Assembly: GCF_021028975.2 (NCBI RefSeq)
Contig: NC_059427.1
Coordinates: 108,128,001-108,192,000 of the forward strand
DNA: 64,000 bases
Direction: 5' to 3'
Origin: Sphaerodactylus townsendi
Taxonomy: Eukaryota
Shown: in pieces, positions 11,324 to 23,200 of the stretch
How the letters are laid out: every line of letters begins with the position of its first letter
Position numbering within the stretch: position 1 is the stretch's first letter
Made by a program: the position numbers and the translations under genes
Notes under the pieces: model-generated
What the model was told of the DNA's origin: nothing
The model's database searches: none
What the model saw: the letters and a program-made list of their open reading frames with translations, nothing else

Positions 11324-13106
11324 TCTGTTTTTCTGCCATTTTAGATTCTCCAAAGCTACCATGCCTTTAGCCTAGATTTTAATATAATAGTAGTAACAAG
11401 AGCACATGGATATTACAGCTCCACTGAGTTTCAAAAGCTGGAAGTGATTGCTGAAAACTGAATAGTGATAACTTAATGCTTCTGTTCAGGATAGGGCACT
11501 TTCCAGCACGTAGAATGAATGTGCAGAATACCAAAAAAAACCCCTCATTAGTAAGTTTTAATGGCTTTGGAAGATAACCAGAATGATACACAAGGCATTG
11601 TAATGCAGAGAAGATGGAACCATCAAAGGAAACTCTCTTAACTGATTTCTCACTATGTATCTCTCCTGCAGTAGATAAAACAGTTGTATTGAAAACTATT
11701 ATCATATTTTGTACTGCCTAGGGAGTCTGGCTTGCAATTAGAAATAAAGATGTTTGAACTAGAGTGTACATCTTTTCATCTAGATAAGAGAGGGTGACTA
11801 TAGAAGCGCATGAGCTAAAAATCAGCAAGCAAATCCTTGAAAAATGATTTCAGTTAATATACAGTTAAAATATGGTTCACCTATAAAATCCAAAGTAAAG
11901 CTTCCATAAGATATATTTTTTAAAAAACGTTAGGACAGTCAATCCATGATTGTGTATTGATTTATGAATGTATGTTTTTAGTTCATTTGATATTCAGTCT
12001 GGACAGAGAACCTGTAAGTGCAGTTATATGAAACCAAATGGTATAACATTTTAAGGTCTATTGTAAATCTTCAAAATTCAAATCATCATGTTTTCATATG
12101 AGGTAAATCAATTCAGAGATAGGTAGAACATTCCTAAACCAGAGTGCTGGCATATCACCAACCATATGGCACCAGCATAGCTAACTGATATGCTGTGCTT
12201 TTCCAGCAGAAAAAAAAAGATATTTTAAAAAGAAAAGAATGGAGAACGTAACAACCATAGTGGAGTCCACAGCAGTAGCCATCAAAGGCATATCTATAGA
12301 TATCTTCTCTCCCTAGCTGTTTTTCTCCACATGGTGAGGGAGGAGGAGGAGGCAGCAGGAAGTGTGGCTGTCTTCTTCAGCCGATCATGGATCAATTGGG
12401 GGGGGCTCTTCCTGTACCCCCCCAGGAGTGCCTAGGGTTTGAACCCCCCCCCCCGCCAGTTACACAGCTGGTACCCACTAATTACCAAGTAACATACAAA
12501 ACAATCTCACACTGAACTGTGTATGGAAGCAGCCAAGCAGTGTGCAGAAGTCCTAGAATATTGGCTGTTCTGAGTTTTCTGTACTGTGTAGCTTTAATTT
12601 GGTTGTTTTTGCTTCTAACATTTCACCTGCATTTATGGCTAGCATCTTCAGAGGCATGTCATGGTGAGATGTGTTTCTTTATGTTGCACAGTGCTGGGAT
12701 ACCTCCCTGACATCATTCTGTCCTGGCCTACACACCCACACACTCAGCACAGCAAGGGAAGCAACAAAGGAAATACTGCACCATTGCTGTAGTGCAGACC
12801 ATGGCATGCCTAGGAGGAGCCCTATAACATCCCTGGAGCTCTGCAGATGAGGGTTGGAATCTCCCACAAAGGCATATCCCCTTTATGGGCTGACATGCAG
12901 AGAAGGAATGGTTACTCCAACCATATAATCACTAAGGCACTTCCACAGCTAACTTAGGAGGGTAAACCCCTACAGAAAGATTCTCATGTTTCCAAGATAA
13001 GAGGCCATATCTCTGTGGGTGGGGAGAAGAAAACTTTGGGGAGTAGTTTTTGCAAGAGAATATTCTACTCTCAGCATTTGATGGGGTACAGTTTTCTCTG
13101 TGTAGT

Positions 13107-13372
13107 AATGGTAGTCCCCTGTGCAAGTATTGGGTCTTTACTGACCCATGGGATGATGTTGCATCACAACATTTACTAGGCAGACTTCGTTTACTGGGTG
13201 GTTTGCCACTGCCTTCCCAGTCATCTACACTTTACCACTAGCAAGCTGGGTACTCATTTTAAAGACCTTGGAGCCAGCTACATGAAACCAGCTTCCCTTG
13301 GGATCAAACTCAGGTCATGAGCAGAACTTGGACTGCAGTACTGCAGCTGACCACTCCACACCTCAGGGCTCC
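13107..13372 (-). mobile_element. Sauria-type SINE
   Basis: ggtggtttgccactgccttcc and gctgggtactcatttta motifs; homologous to 9341-9561. Confidence 0.7.
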
Positions 13373-13489
13373 TTTTCTCTATGTATAATGCAGTTAAAAG
13401 TCTAGCAGATGTTTAGATCCTGCATTAGTGCTGAGGAAACAAGTCTATTTGATGCCAGAAAGTGCTTTTATCTCTGTTCGGAATGGGTC

Positions 13490-14060
13490 AGTCTGACAGT
13501 GCTGATCCATTATTCAGTAACCTTGTGGCTGGACTATTGCAATACACTCAACATGAAGCTAGCCACAAAAACAATTAGAAAATTTGAATTGATATAAAGT
13601 ACTGCAGCTGGTTTGTAATTTGGATCTAGCCGCAGTTCACCTATTATACCTTTGAGAATTCTTCATTGGCTGTTTGTTGGCTTCTGCATCAAGTGCAGTT
13701 ATTACATGTGAACCCAAATCCACAGAAGCCTTTTGTATTTTCAGGGATGCATCTTTACAGCAGCTCCATGTTGCAAATCAAGGCTTGCTGAGAATACTAT
13801 TACGTGGACAAGTTAAAAATGCTACTGCCTGCTTGAGAGGAATTTTTTCCTGTAGTGACCCCTAGGTTATGGAATTAACTCCAATTTGTTAATTTTCCAG
13901 AAGATAATAGACCTTTAATCTGGGTTTTGGACTAGGATTTTGGGTTTCATTTGTTATCTGTACTAAAATGTTGTCGCTTTATTTTAATTGGTTTTTAATG
14001 ATAACTTAAATTGTTTCCTGTTTTTGAAGAAAGGCAGAGTAAAATTTCTGTAAATAAATA
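13490..14060 (+). mobile_element. Degenerate L2-like LINE 3' end
   Basis: ctggactattgcaat (LDYCN motif) remnant, AT-rich 3' UTR and taaataaa tail. Confidence 0.55.
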
Positions 14061-16517
14061 TCTGTATACACAAATAGGCACACAGGGAACAAACACATAA
14101 TATTTGGAATTCTCTACTGGCTCTCATGTCAAAATCAGCCATATATTCCAAAACAGGAAAGATTGCAGAAGAAAAGATAGTACTGTGGAACAGTACAGTG
14201 CTGTGGAACAGCATGACACCCCAAGTTCAAGTCTTGCATGGAGCTAGTTACAGAGCAGCTCTGGAAGGCTGTTACAGTTACAGATGAGATTTTGCCCCAT
14301 CAGACTCAATCACTGAAGAAATCTTCTCATGGTGCTTGGCTTTAGACCTTTGCTTGCTTCCTTTTCATGTCAACATTACTTTGCTCCATTCAGCAGGTTC
14401 ATTACCCATGCTCACTCCTGTTCACCCCATTACCCCTAGGGAAACTTGTGCTGGCATGTGTTGCAGCCTTACCATTTCACATCTTGCCCATAGGATTGCA
14501 TTCCTAGACAGCAATTTAAAGTAGAAGTAAATCCCCTTTTATTTAGTGGGCCTTGCTCCCAAGAATGGCTCTTAGGATTGCAGCCTTAATCACTTGTTTT
14601 GGGGGAGAGGGGGGTCACTTTTTTAAACTTAAGGTGAAAAACAAAATGTTCAAGCATAACTATAATGGCCTCTGGATAAACCCTGTCTTAAGGGTTGCCT
14701 GCATTAACTACCCCTCTCGTCTCTGTAGAGGTGGGAATTAAGTTATGCTGCTGTATTCAGACTAATTTGAAAATGAGCCAAGCTACATATGTACATATTT
14801 AAAAAATGCATTCAGTTTCAGCTCTTCTTTAATCAAAAGTAAAACTCCAGAAAATGACTTTTGCATTTTAACTAACACAAATAATGAAAACAAGCAAGGG
14901 ACCCACAAGGACTTGGGGGATTCTCATATCCCCAGCCACCAATATTTCTTCATTTCCTTCCCTGAAAGGTCCCCTTTTCCTGCCCCTTCTCCCCTCTACA
15001 AGCCAACCTATTTTTCCGCCCCTCCCCTTCAGTTTTTCTTTCTTCCCTACCTCTGGCAACCTCTTCCTGGGGAAAAGTTTGGCCCAGTTGCATTGTGCTG
15101 GCTGACCAGTCCCACTGGTGTGATGGGAAGGATTCCCCTGAATTCTCCTCCCATAGTAGTTCTTCTTTCCTTTCTCCGGGCAGTCCCCATATCTTCACCC
15201 CATGTCCTGCTTCTTCTCTCATTCCCACTCACCAACCAGCCTATGTTCTATTTCTTTCCCCCATCTTCAGCTGTGTTTATTATTTATTTGCCGCATTGAA
15301 ACCCTTCTTTTTCCACACTGTGGATCCAAAGCAGCTTACATCACCCTCTTCCATTTTATCTTCACAACAGCCCTGTGAGGCTGAGAGTGTGTGACTGGCC
15401 CAAGGGCACCCAAGCAGGCTGAGTGGGGATTTGAACTGGATTCCTCTGGATCCTAGTCTGACACACTAACACACTGGCATTCCTGGGATGGCTGCTGTTA
15501 AACATTAGCAAGCAGCCAGCCTGTGTGAGTCATGCAAATTACATGATAACGAGTTCCCTGGTGGTTGCTGCGAGGCCTGGCCCTGAGGAGTCCTTCCTTA
15601 AAGGCTAAGACAGCCCTGGAAAGCACCTCCCACCTCACTGCCTTTAACTGATACAAACTAAGGTTTGAACTAACAACATTGTTGTGATTGTCTACCAGTG
15701 GCCACAGACGGCCTTTGTTTCTTCAAGTTATTATTATTTAAAGCTTCCATTATTTGGGGTTTTTTAACCCGCACTGATGAGAGGGGGGTAGATTTCAAAT
15801 TTCTATAAACCTGGGGCTTTTTTCAGTATTGTAGAATAATGTTTTGACTGTTCATGCCTCCCATCTTCAGATTTAAATATCCGCACATGTGGCCATGCTG
15901 AAAACGAAATATATTGATATCTGTTTGAATGTGTGTGTGAACAACTACATGAACATGGATTCCTAATCTCTCTGTTTGAATTCTCTGTAGTCATTGGTTT
16001 TTCTGATATAAACTAGGTTACAGAACTACACAGCTACATACTCTTTTTTTCTTTTTCTGGCATTCTCAAGTCACTGTAGGCTTGATTTGTGCTGTTTATG
16101 AACACACTGAACAACCATGATGTCCGAAATGCCCATGAGTCATGCAGTCATCTTATCATTTGAGAGATATTAGTGTGTACTATTAATACATTCTTAGATT
16201 GTCACTGTAAAAAGTGACTTAGCAGCATATAACACAGTTTTTTAGAAGTGGACTCAATCAATGATTTATTTACGGTCATTTACCAGCAAGTAGAAGTGGA
16301 GTCTATTTTATTGCTTGCATGGCTATTGAGTTTAAATGAGCTTGGTCTAATAGAATTATCCCTCTTTAAAACTGAACCCAATTCCTGACTTCACAAGAAA
16401 AGCAGGGCTGAGTGTTTCTGAAGGTGTTATATACCTGTACTAGAGATGCAGGAGTATTGATAACTCCTTGTGATTCCATTGAGGGTTTCTCAGTGTTTAT
16501 CCCATGGTTTTTTGCAG

Positions 16518-16615
16518 TTGAAGTGGTGCGCCTGGATTGCGGTTTACTGCTCATTTATCAGCTTTGCCAATTCAAGGAGCTCAGAAGATACCAAACAGAT
16601 GATGAGCAGCTTTAT
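16518..16615 (+). CDS. WDR83OS: WDR83OS exon 3
   Basis: [32 protein letters not shown]; CAG acceptor, GTGAGC donor. Confidence 0.96.
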
Positions 16616-17311
16616 GTGAGCCTACTTCTCATTTTTTTTCATCTGCTTATTGATTCCTAGCTAAATTTCTCATCAGTCCTGCTGAGTAAAGACAAGGTGT
16701 TATCTTTCATAAATTCCCAAGCAAATTCAAATCATGTGAAAATGCAGTGCCCATTTGCCAGCCAGCATTGAATAATATTTAAGCAGCTGTAATCCCCTTC
16801 AGGGATTGAGCAGTATACCAAATCCAATAAATAATAATAATAAAACCTGAGGCACATTGCTATCTTTCGTATACAGGTGTGCATGGAAACCCCTATGTAG
16901 TCTTATATTTAGTGCAATCATGTTCTCACTGCAAAGAATTATTTCTACTTCCATGTTCATAACGTTGTACCACCTTGAGCCATACTCTCTCTGCTTCTGT
17001 TGTATCTTTCCTCTTTAACTCACAATAGCTTTTCCTGTGTGTGTACATACCTCCTGAATGGCAGCAGAATACACCACTCTCCTAAGAGAAGGACCAAAGT
17101 GGAAGACAAGGAACTTGCTGTTCAATGTATCATAACATGTAGCATGGGAAATGTTTTTGGCTATCTTATATAGATTTTTAGAGCAGAAATGCATTTTGGG
17201 ATTTTTCTGTCATATTTTATAATTCATTCTGTTGATATCAACACTTGGTTGCTATTGACAGAGTAATATATGCCTGTGCTCTAATTGTCTCTTTCCCTTT
17301 CTTGTCTCCAG

Positions 17312-17378
17312 GCTGTCTATCTCTGCTGTGGTGATGTCCTATCTGCAAAACCCTCAGCCCATGTCTCCTCCTTGGTGA
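17312..17378 (+). CDS. WDR83OS: WDR83OS exon 4 (terminal coding part)
   Basis: [22 protein letters not shown]; strong polypyrimidine-CAG acceptor. Confidence 0.96.
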
Positions 17379-17839
17379 AAGGATAACTTTTCTCCATAGA
17401 GCTCTGCTCTTATAGAGCAGAATGTAGTCCTCGTTGAAGGGAGAGGACGTTTTTCTCAGGCAATCCAAATCCGTTTGCACAAGAGAAGTGTTGCATAATT
17501 TGGGAGTGCATATTGAGATGTCAATAGCTGGATGGTTATTAAAGATGTTTTGGGTACAATGCCAGATTGTCTCAGTTGTGTTAGCAGCACGTTTTGCCTG
17601 AATACCAGTTGAGCTTTCAGCCCAGCAAATACACGAAGAACTCTCACCACATTTTCCCAGACTGCTAGAATTGGCTGCCCAGTTTAAAAAGAAAGAAAGC
17701 TATTGATCAAAATCCCCCCCAGCAACTCTCCAACTATTAGCCCTCCTCCCTGCTTGTGTGTGTTCATGTATATTTTAAGTATTTGTTAATGTTCTAAATG
17801 TTTGCCACCTCAGGGACTCTGAATTTGGTGGAAAAGCAG

Positions 17840-18479
17840 TGTTACCCAAGGTGGAGACATAGTCTCTCAATATAGTGGGGAATATTAGCTCAGAGCAAGC
17901 TGCTTACTAATGTTGTGAGAGGCTGGGTAAGGAATCTTTAATACCAGTGTATACGAAGATCAGCTCTCAGAAGAAAACCCACACAGAAGGATGTAATGCA
18001 AATCTGATAATTTTTACTGTAGGGATAAAGGTTTTTACAATCACTTGGTTCAATGCAGCAGACATGCACACACAGAGTTCCTAAGATATAGATAGGTTGG
18101 AAAATAGATTTGGAATAGAAAGAGGTACGGGATATATGGGTAATATGACCTGATTGTGATGTGAAGAAGATTCAGGGTTCAGAGCCAAACAGCCAATGTG
18201 TGGTTCCAGTGGGCAATGTGTTGGACAATGACAAAGACGGAAAGGTGTCAATGACACTGAGCAAATGGCCGGGGGGGGGGGGGGTTAAGGATGTTTATAG
18301 GGTGAAGATTCAGCTCTGGGGGTGTCAGGTGTCAGGACAACCTTTGGGGGATGTTAGGACAACCTCTGGGAGGTGTCCGGATGGACTGTTTAAGAAACAA
18401 TCAAGTGTATTGTGAAGTGGTCAGAAGACAGTTACAGAAGGGAGTATCTGCGTTAAGATAGTCAGGGGAGGCAATGACA
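17840..18479 (-). mobile_element. Putative solo LTR
   Basis: TG...CA termini (TGTTAC / ATGACA); near-TSD GCAG/TCAG; minus-strand TATAAA ~18294-18299 and AGTAAA ~18014-18019; 22-bp internal tandem repeats. Confidence 0.5.
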
Positions 18480-19653
18480 TCAGGAGTCTTCTTGTAGCTG
18501 AAAATGAGTATTCATTCAGCAGGGTACTGTATCATGTTGAGAACACATTCTTCCTTGGCTGTGGAGCTAAAAATATGCTGATATGGCATACAAGCTGAGA
18601 GCGTGAGAACAGAAAAAGAATTCCTGGAAGCTTCTTGTAGGCAGACTTGGCTATTGCCAGAGAATGGACTCCCCATCTCTGCAACACAAGCATCACCCTT
18701 TAGCTGGCACATGGGCAGGGGTACCTGTGAATAAGCACTCCCCCCTGTTATGCCAGTGCGGTATGGTAACAGCAGTAGAGAAATGTTCTAAATAAATGTT
18801 CCCAAATGACGGAAGCTCCTGCTCTCTGAACCAACTATTTAAGCCAAAGTGAATGAAATGATGACTGGGAAAATGTTTTTTGTGTTGTATGTATTCCATA
18901 CTGATTGGCAGCTTCCAGCTATTGCCTGATGTCAGAGCATGACTGCTGTAGAAACGTAATCATAGAGTTTCTAACGTGGCATGGAATTCTACAAAATACT
19001 TGTGTGTGAAAATTTATTGTAACATTTATCTGATATGAGAGGCCATCAGCTGATGTAGTGGGTCAAAAAAGATATGGGAATCATGCCCACTATCAAGACA
19101 ATACAGATCAGTTGCTGTTAATTTATACATCTCCTACTATCAGTGTACTATTAAAAATGATTGTTTCTACATCATGCATGCGTTATGTACAAGATGAAGT
19201 TTGACACTTGTGCTGGAACAGGAGTACAAAAAAAAGAGTGTGATAGTTGCTCTTCATTAATTAATTTAAAGGTTTTGTCTTAGGAGTGTCCTTTAGTCAA
19301 GCCAAAAGGATCAAATATCGGTGGAAGATGCCTGTCGCTTGCTTCAAGACACTGTTCTTTGGCTGAGTTCCAGATTCTGAAATTCAGCTGTTGGTTGAGG
19401 TCTGCTCCCTTCCCCCACTGCGATTTTCTGGCATCCAGACAAACCTTCCTTCCCCTCATCCTCCAACTACTTCCAGCTGCATAGCTGTACTCTTTCGAGG
19501 AGACGGCGGGGGCGAGTGGGAAGTAGAAGAGCTTGAGTATAAAGCACGGGGGAAAGGGGTGGGCTGTGGATGAGGTAGAGTGGAAACCTGCAGTGGGATT
19601 ATAGGACACTGGGAGCAGGAAGTGTAAACTAGATGGATCAGTGGAGTATGAGT

Positions 19654-19659
19654 AATAAA
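19654..19659 (+). terminator. Candidate distal poly(A) signal (WDR83OS)
   Basis: AATAAA followed by a GU-rich tract; weaker ATTAAA alternatives at ~17538 and ~19150. Confidence 0.4.
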
Positions 19660-19729
19660 GACTTTGTTGTTGTTCTTTGTTTTGTAGTATGTATGTTTTC
19701 CGGTAGGATACTCAGCTCAAGCTGAGCAC

Positions 19730-20800
19730 ACCCGGACATTTTGGGGCTAGATGACCACTTAATATGGATTGGTTTTGGATGCCACCTTTCAATTGCCTCC
19801 GTTAGGCTTCTCTGGGCGCGATCGAGAAAGCTGTTTAATGAGCAGCAGGAATAAAAGGAGGCAACCCCTGATAAACTAACCTTTGACCACTGTCGCTATC
19901 CTCACAGTCGGAAAGATTAGCAGCGGTGCCTCCCTTTCAAGGCGTGTTTCCGATCGAAGCCGTAATTCTAATGCCTTCTGAACTGTGCCTTTACAGACAG
20001 GAACTGATAGTTTATACAGAAGTTAAATATGGCTACGCAGGGAGCACGATTTTGCTTTCTTCTCTCTCCGCCCAGCCCCACACAATCGTTTCTCTCGAAT
20101 TGTTCAGCAATTCCGCTTCCCACGCAGGCACCAGAAAGCGCTGGTGAGCTGGCAGCGAGTCTTTAGGGCGGGGGTAGGGGTTGAGCAAGCGCACGTGCTC
20201 TCGCGAACCTCTCCCTTGGGCAACCGCCTGCGGGGACTCCTGTTCCTTTAAGAGAGAAAGAGCCCCCTTCCCTGCTCGCCCGCCCCCGATCTATTTTGGC
20301 TCGGCGCTGTTTTCATTTCCGCCTTCCTGTTCCGCGCGCGGTGCCAGGAAATTCCCCGCTTCCGCACTTAGCAAGGGGCGGGGCGGCGCGGGGGCCGCGT
20401 GGCTGGCGCGGAATGCGGCCGGAGGGGGGCCTGGGCGCGGCGCGCAGGCTCCAGCATGTCTTTGGCTGGCTCGCTCCGCCACCCAGAAGGCCTCGGGAGG
20501 CAGGGCCGGGCCGGCTGGTGTGGCCGCTCTGACCTACATTCCCTGGTTTCGAAGATCTCGGGGCCTGGTGGAAGGAAGCGCGGCACCAGAACTGTTGCGC
20601 CAGCCACGCAACGAGGACTTGCCCGCGAGGCTTGGGGAGCTGCCGGCGTCTTGTGCGAAGAAGGGCGCTCAGGTGGTCGCCCTGTTAGCAGCCCCGGTCG
20701 AAGGGGGTGATGCGAGCAACGCCTCGCGGTTAAATTCTTTCCCTCTTAGGCGCCTGGGTATAAAACTGCTTGGTAGCCTTGGGGCCTAACCGGAAAGCCT
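19730..20800. promoter_or_regulatory. Orphan CpG island (promoter/enhancer-like)
   Basis: Dense CpG; GC box ~20165; E-box CACGTG 20192-20197; kB site GGAAATTCCC 20347-20356; several ETS cores; no recognisable coding exon. Confidence 0.7.
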
Positions 20801-22118
20801 TACACCTGGATTTCATATCCTGGTCCAGATCACTCAGTGGCACTCTGTGCATTCTCAGATGCCGTTCTTGATTGTTGTTCACATCTTTCTAAGCTGGTAC
20901 CCAGACATTGTGGGAGTTGCTGTCTTGAGCCTGTATGGTTATAGTGTTCTGCTCCGGTAAACTGGGGATCACTCAAATCCCTGATCGCATTCTTCAAGGG
21001 AGAGAAGTGCTTTATTTAACTACCAACGAGTTCTCCTGCTTCTTTTCAGAGAGCAAAGTGGGGTTCATGAACTCGGTTACGGGAACAAGGAAGCTCTTAG
21101 GCTGCCACCACTAAAATGAGTCACTCAGGATTAATACCCTTCTTTCTCTCAAGGGCAGATAGCTGAGCAGCACAGCTAGCTTGCTGTGGTGCAAGTGGGC
21201 AGACCTTTGCCCTGCAGGCATTGTTGAATAAGCCAGTGTTCTCACCTACACTACTTCAGCAGCTTTGTGAATGGCTTCTTTTCCTTAAGAACTAGAAAAG
21301 AGTAGAGCAGCATAGCAGAATGGGTACTTGGGTAGAGTTGCAAACCTCCAGGTGGCTCCTGAAAATTTCCTGGAATTACAACTGATCTAAAACAGATTGT
21401 AGGGATCTGTTCCTCTGACTGCTTTGAAGGGTGGAGTCTGACATTGTACCCTTCTAAGGTACCCTCCAAGCTCCAGTTCCAAATTTCCGGGAATTTCCCA
21501 ACCAAAAGTTGGCAACTATACTTATATGTAGTAAGGGGTATGTGTTGTGTGCTATCACATCACAGTTGACTTATGGGGACCCTGTAGGGCTTTCAAAACA
21601 TTTTGTCATTGCCTACATCTGCTGAGAGTTCTGAGAGAACGGTAATTAGTCCAAAATCACCCAATAGATTTCAATTGAAGCAGTAGGGATTTTGAATGCT
21701 GCTCTTAACCACTACACCATGCTAGCTAGTAGATGATAAATCCCTCCCCTTCAGGCTTTCTCTACTATTTCTACTGGGTGGGAGGGGTGCAGTCGGATGA
21801 GTCTCTGTTTAGGCTGCCACCTCCCTGCTTGATTTCCCAAGACTTTCTATCACAGGACAAAGGCCAAACACCAGAATGGATGATTGTGGCTGGAAAGGAA
21901 GAAAAAGGGAAGTAGCTGCTTGAGGCCAGCAGGAAACAGTTACTATTTTTTTTCAGCAGGAAGGAAGGCAGCTCCACCCGGTAAGTGCTGCTGGTGGAAT
22001 GGGCAAGTACCCACCTTAACTGATTTCTGTAAACACACATACCCCTTGCACAGTTCACACACACATATATAGGCCCCATGGTTTAGTACACAGGCATCCA
22101 GATACTTCAATCCGTCAT

Positions 22119-22422
22119 GAAAGCCAGTGTGGTGTAGTGGTTAAGAGCAGGTGGACTCTAATCTGGAGAACAGAGTTTGATTCCCCACTCCTCCACATGA
22201 GTGGCAGACTCTTATTTGGTGAACTGGATTTGATTCCCTGCTCCTACACATGATGTCTCCTGGGTGACCTTGAGCTAGTCACCATTCTCTCTGAATTCTC
22301 TCAGCCCCACTTACCTCACAAGAAGTCCGTTGTGGGGAGAGGAAGGGAAATGAGTTTGTAAGCTCCTTTGAGGCTCCTTACAAGATATTAAAGGGAGGAT
22401 ATAAATCCAAACTCCTCCTCTT
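22119..22422 (+). mobile_element. Squam3-type SINE, full length
   Basis: tRNA-like A box tggtgtagtggttaagagc, B-box region gtttgattcccc, (CCT)n tail. Confidence 0.85.
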
Positions 22423-23047
22423 GTACAAATACATGAAATCCCCAAGTATATTTGTATACATTATTTCCTCTGGTGCACTGTTTCAGTATGTGTGAGTACT
22501 ATTATATCTGATCAGTAGTTGGTTTTGCTGCAGGCCTTTTTGGGAAGGAAGGAGGCTTGAGTCCTTAAGGCCCGCCCTCTATCCCCTAAGGCAGGGGTGT
22601 CAAACATGCATCCTGGGAGTGAGGCAGTGGGATTCTTCAGGTGGCTTGTGGGCCTGATACACCCTCTCAAGGCAGCCACCACACCCCACCCTACTGCAGG
22701 CTCACGGATGAGTTCAGCACTTCTGCCTTAAGGTGTTGCTCCAGCTTTACCTCCCAGCCACACTGGTTTTATTTTTACTTATGGCTGTCCAACTTCAGGA
22801 AGGGGATTCAGGCAATGCCAGGGGTGGAGGATGGGAGCAAGGCTTGAACAAGTAGTCTTTAGCTGGTAATCCGAAGATTACACAAACTTGTGAACATATA
22901 AGCACTGGTTCAAACACCCCTGACAGCACACATAAGAACCTCTGAGACATACACATAAATTGCTATAAAGGGCAATACTGATCTTTCTGATAGACATCCA
23001 GACTGTGAACAAGATGGCTTCAGACATAAATGCAAGCCATATGTATT

Positions 23048-23200
23048 ATCGAAGGCTTTCATGGCCGGATTCAACTGGTTGTTGTGGGTTTTCCAGGCTG
23101 CATGGCAGTGGTCTGATAGATCTTGTTCTTAACGTTTCGCCTGCATCTGTGGCTGGCATTTTCAGAGGTGTATCACAGAGGGAAGTCTATTACACACTGT
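23048..23200 (-). mobile_element. Penelope-like pseudo-LTR fragment (hammerhead core mutated)
   Basis: Homologous to 4235-4390; minus strand reads CTGAAAA instead of CTGAAGA. Confidence 0.75.

Noticed and set aside
14865-15260. Possible Helitron-like remnant with pyrimidine-rich internal repeats
   Set aside because: Terminal CTAG and hairpin too degenerate to support a call
20181-20789. 202-aa ORF in the orphan CpG island (considered as MAN2B1 exon 1)
   Set aside because: Starts at TTG, composition typical of CpG-island stop depletion, no signal peptide, and no downstream mannosidase exons
21485-21499. Overlapping STAT and kB motifs
   Set aside because: Part of a degenerate interspersed repeat (gttggcaac-type terminus); no independent support
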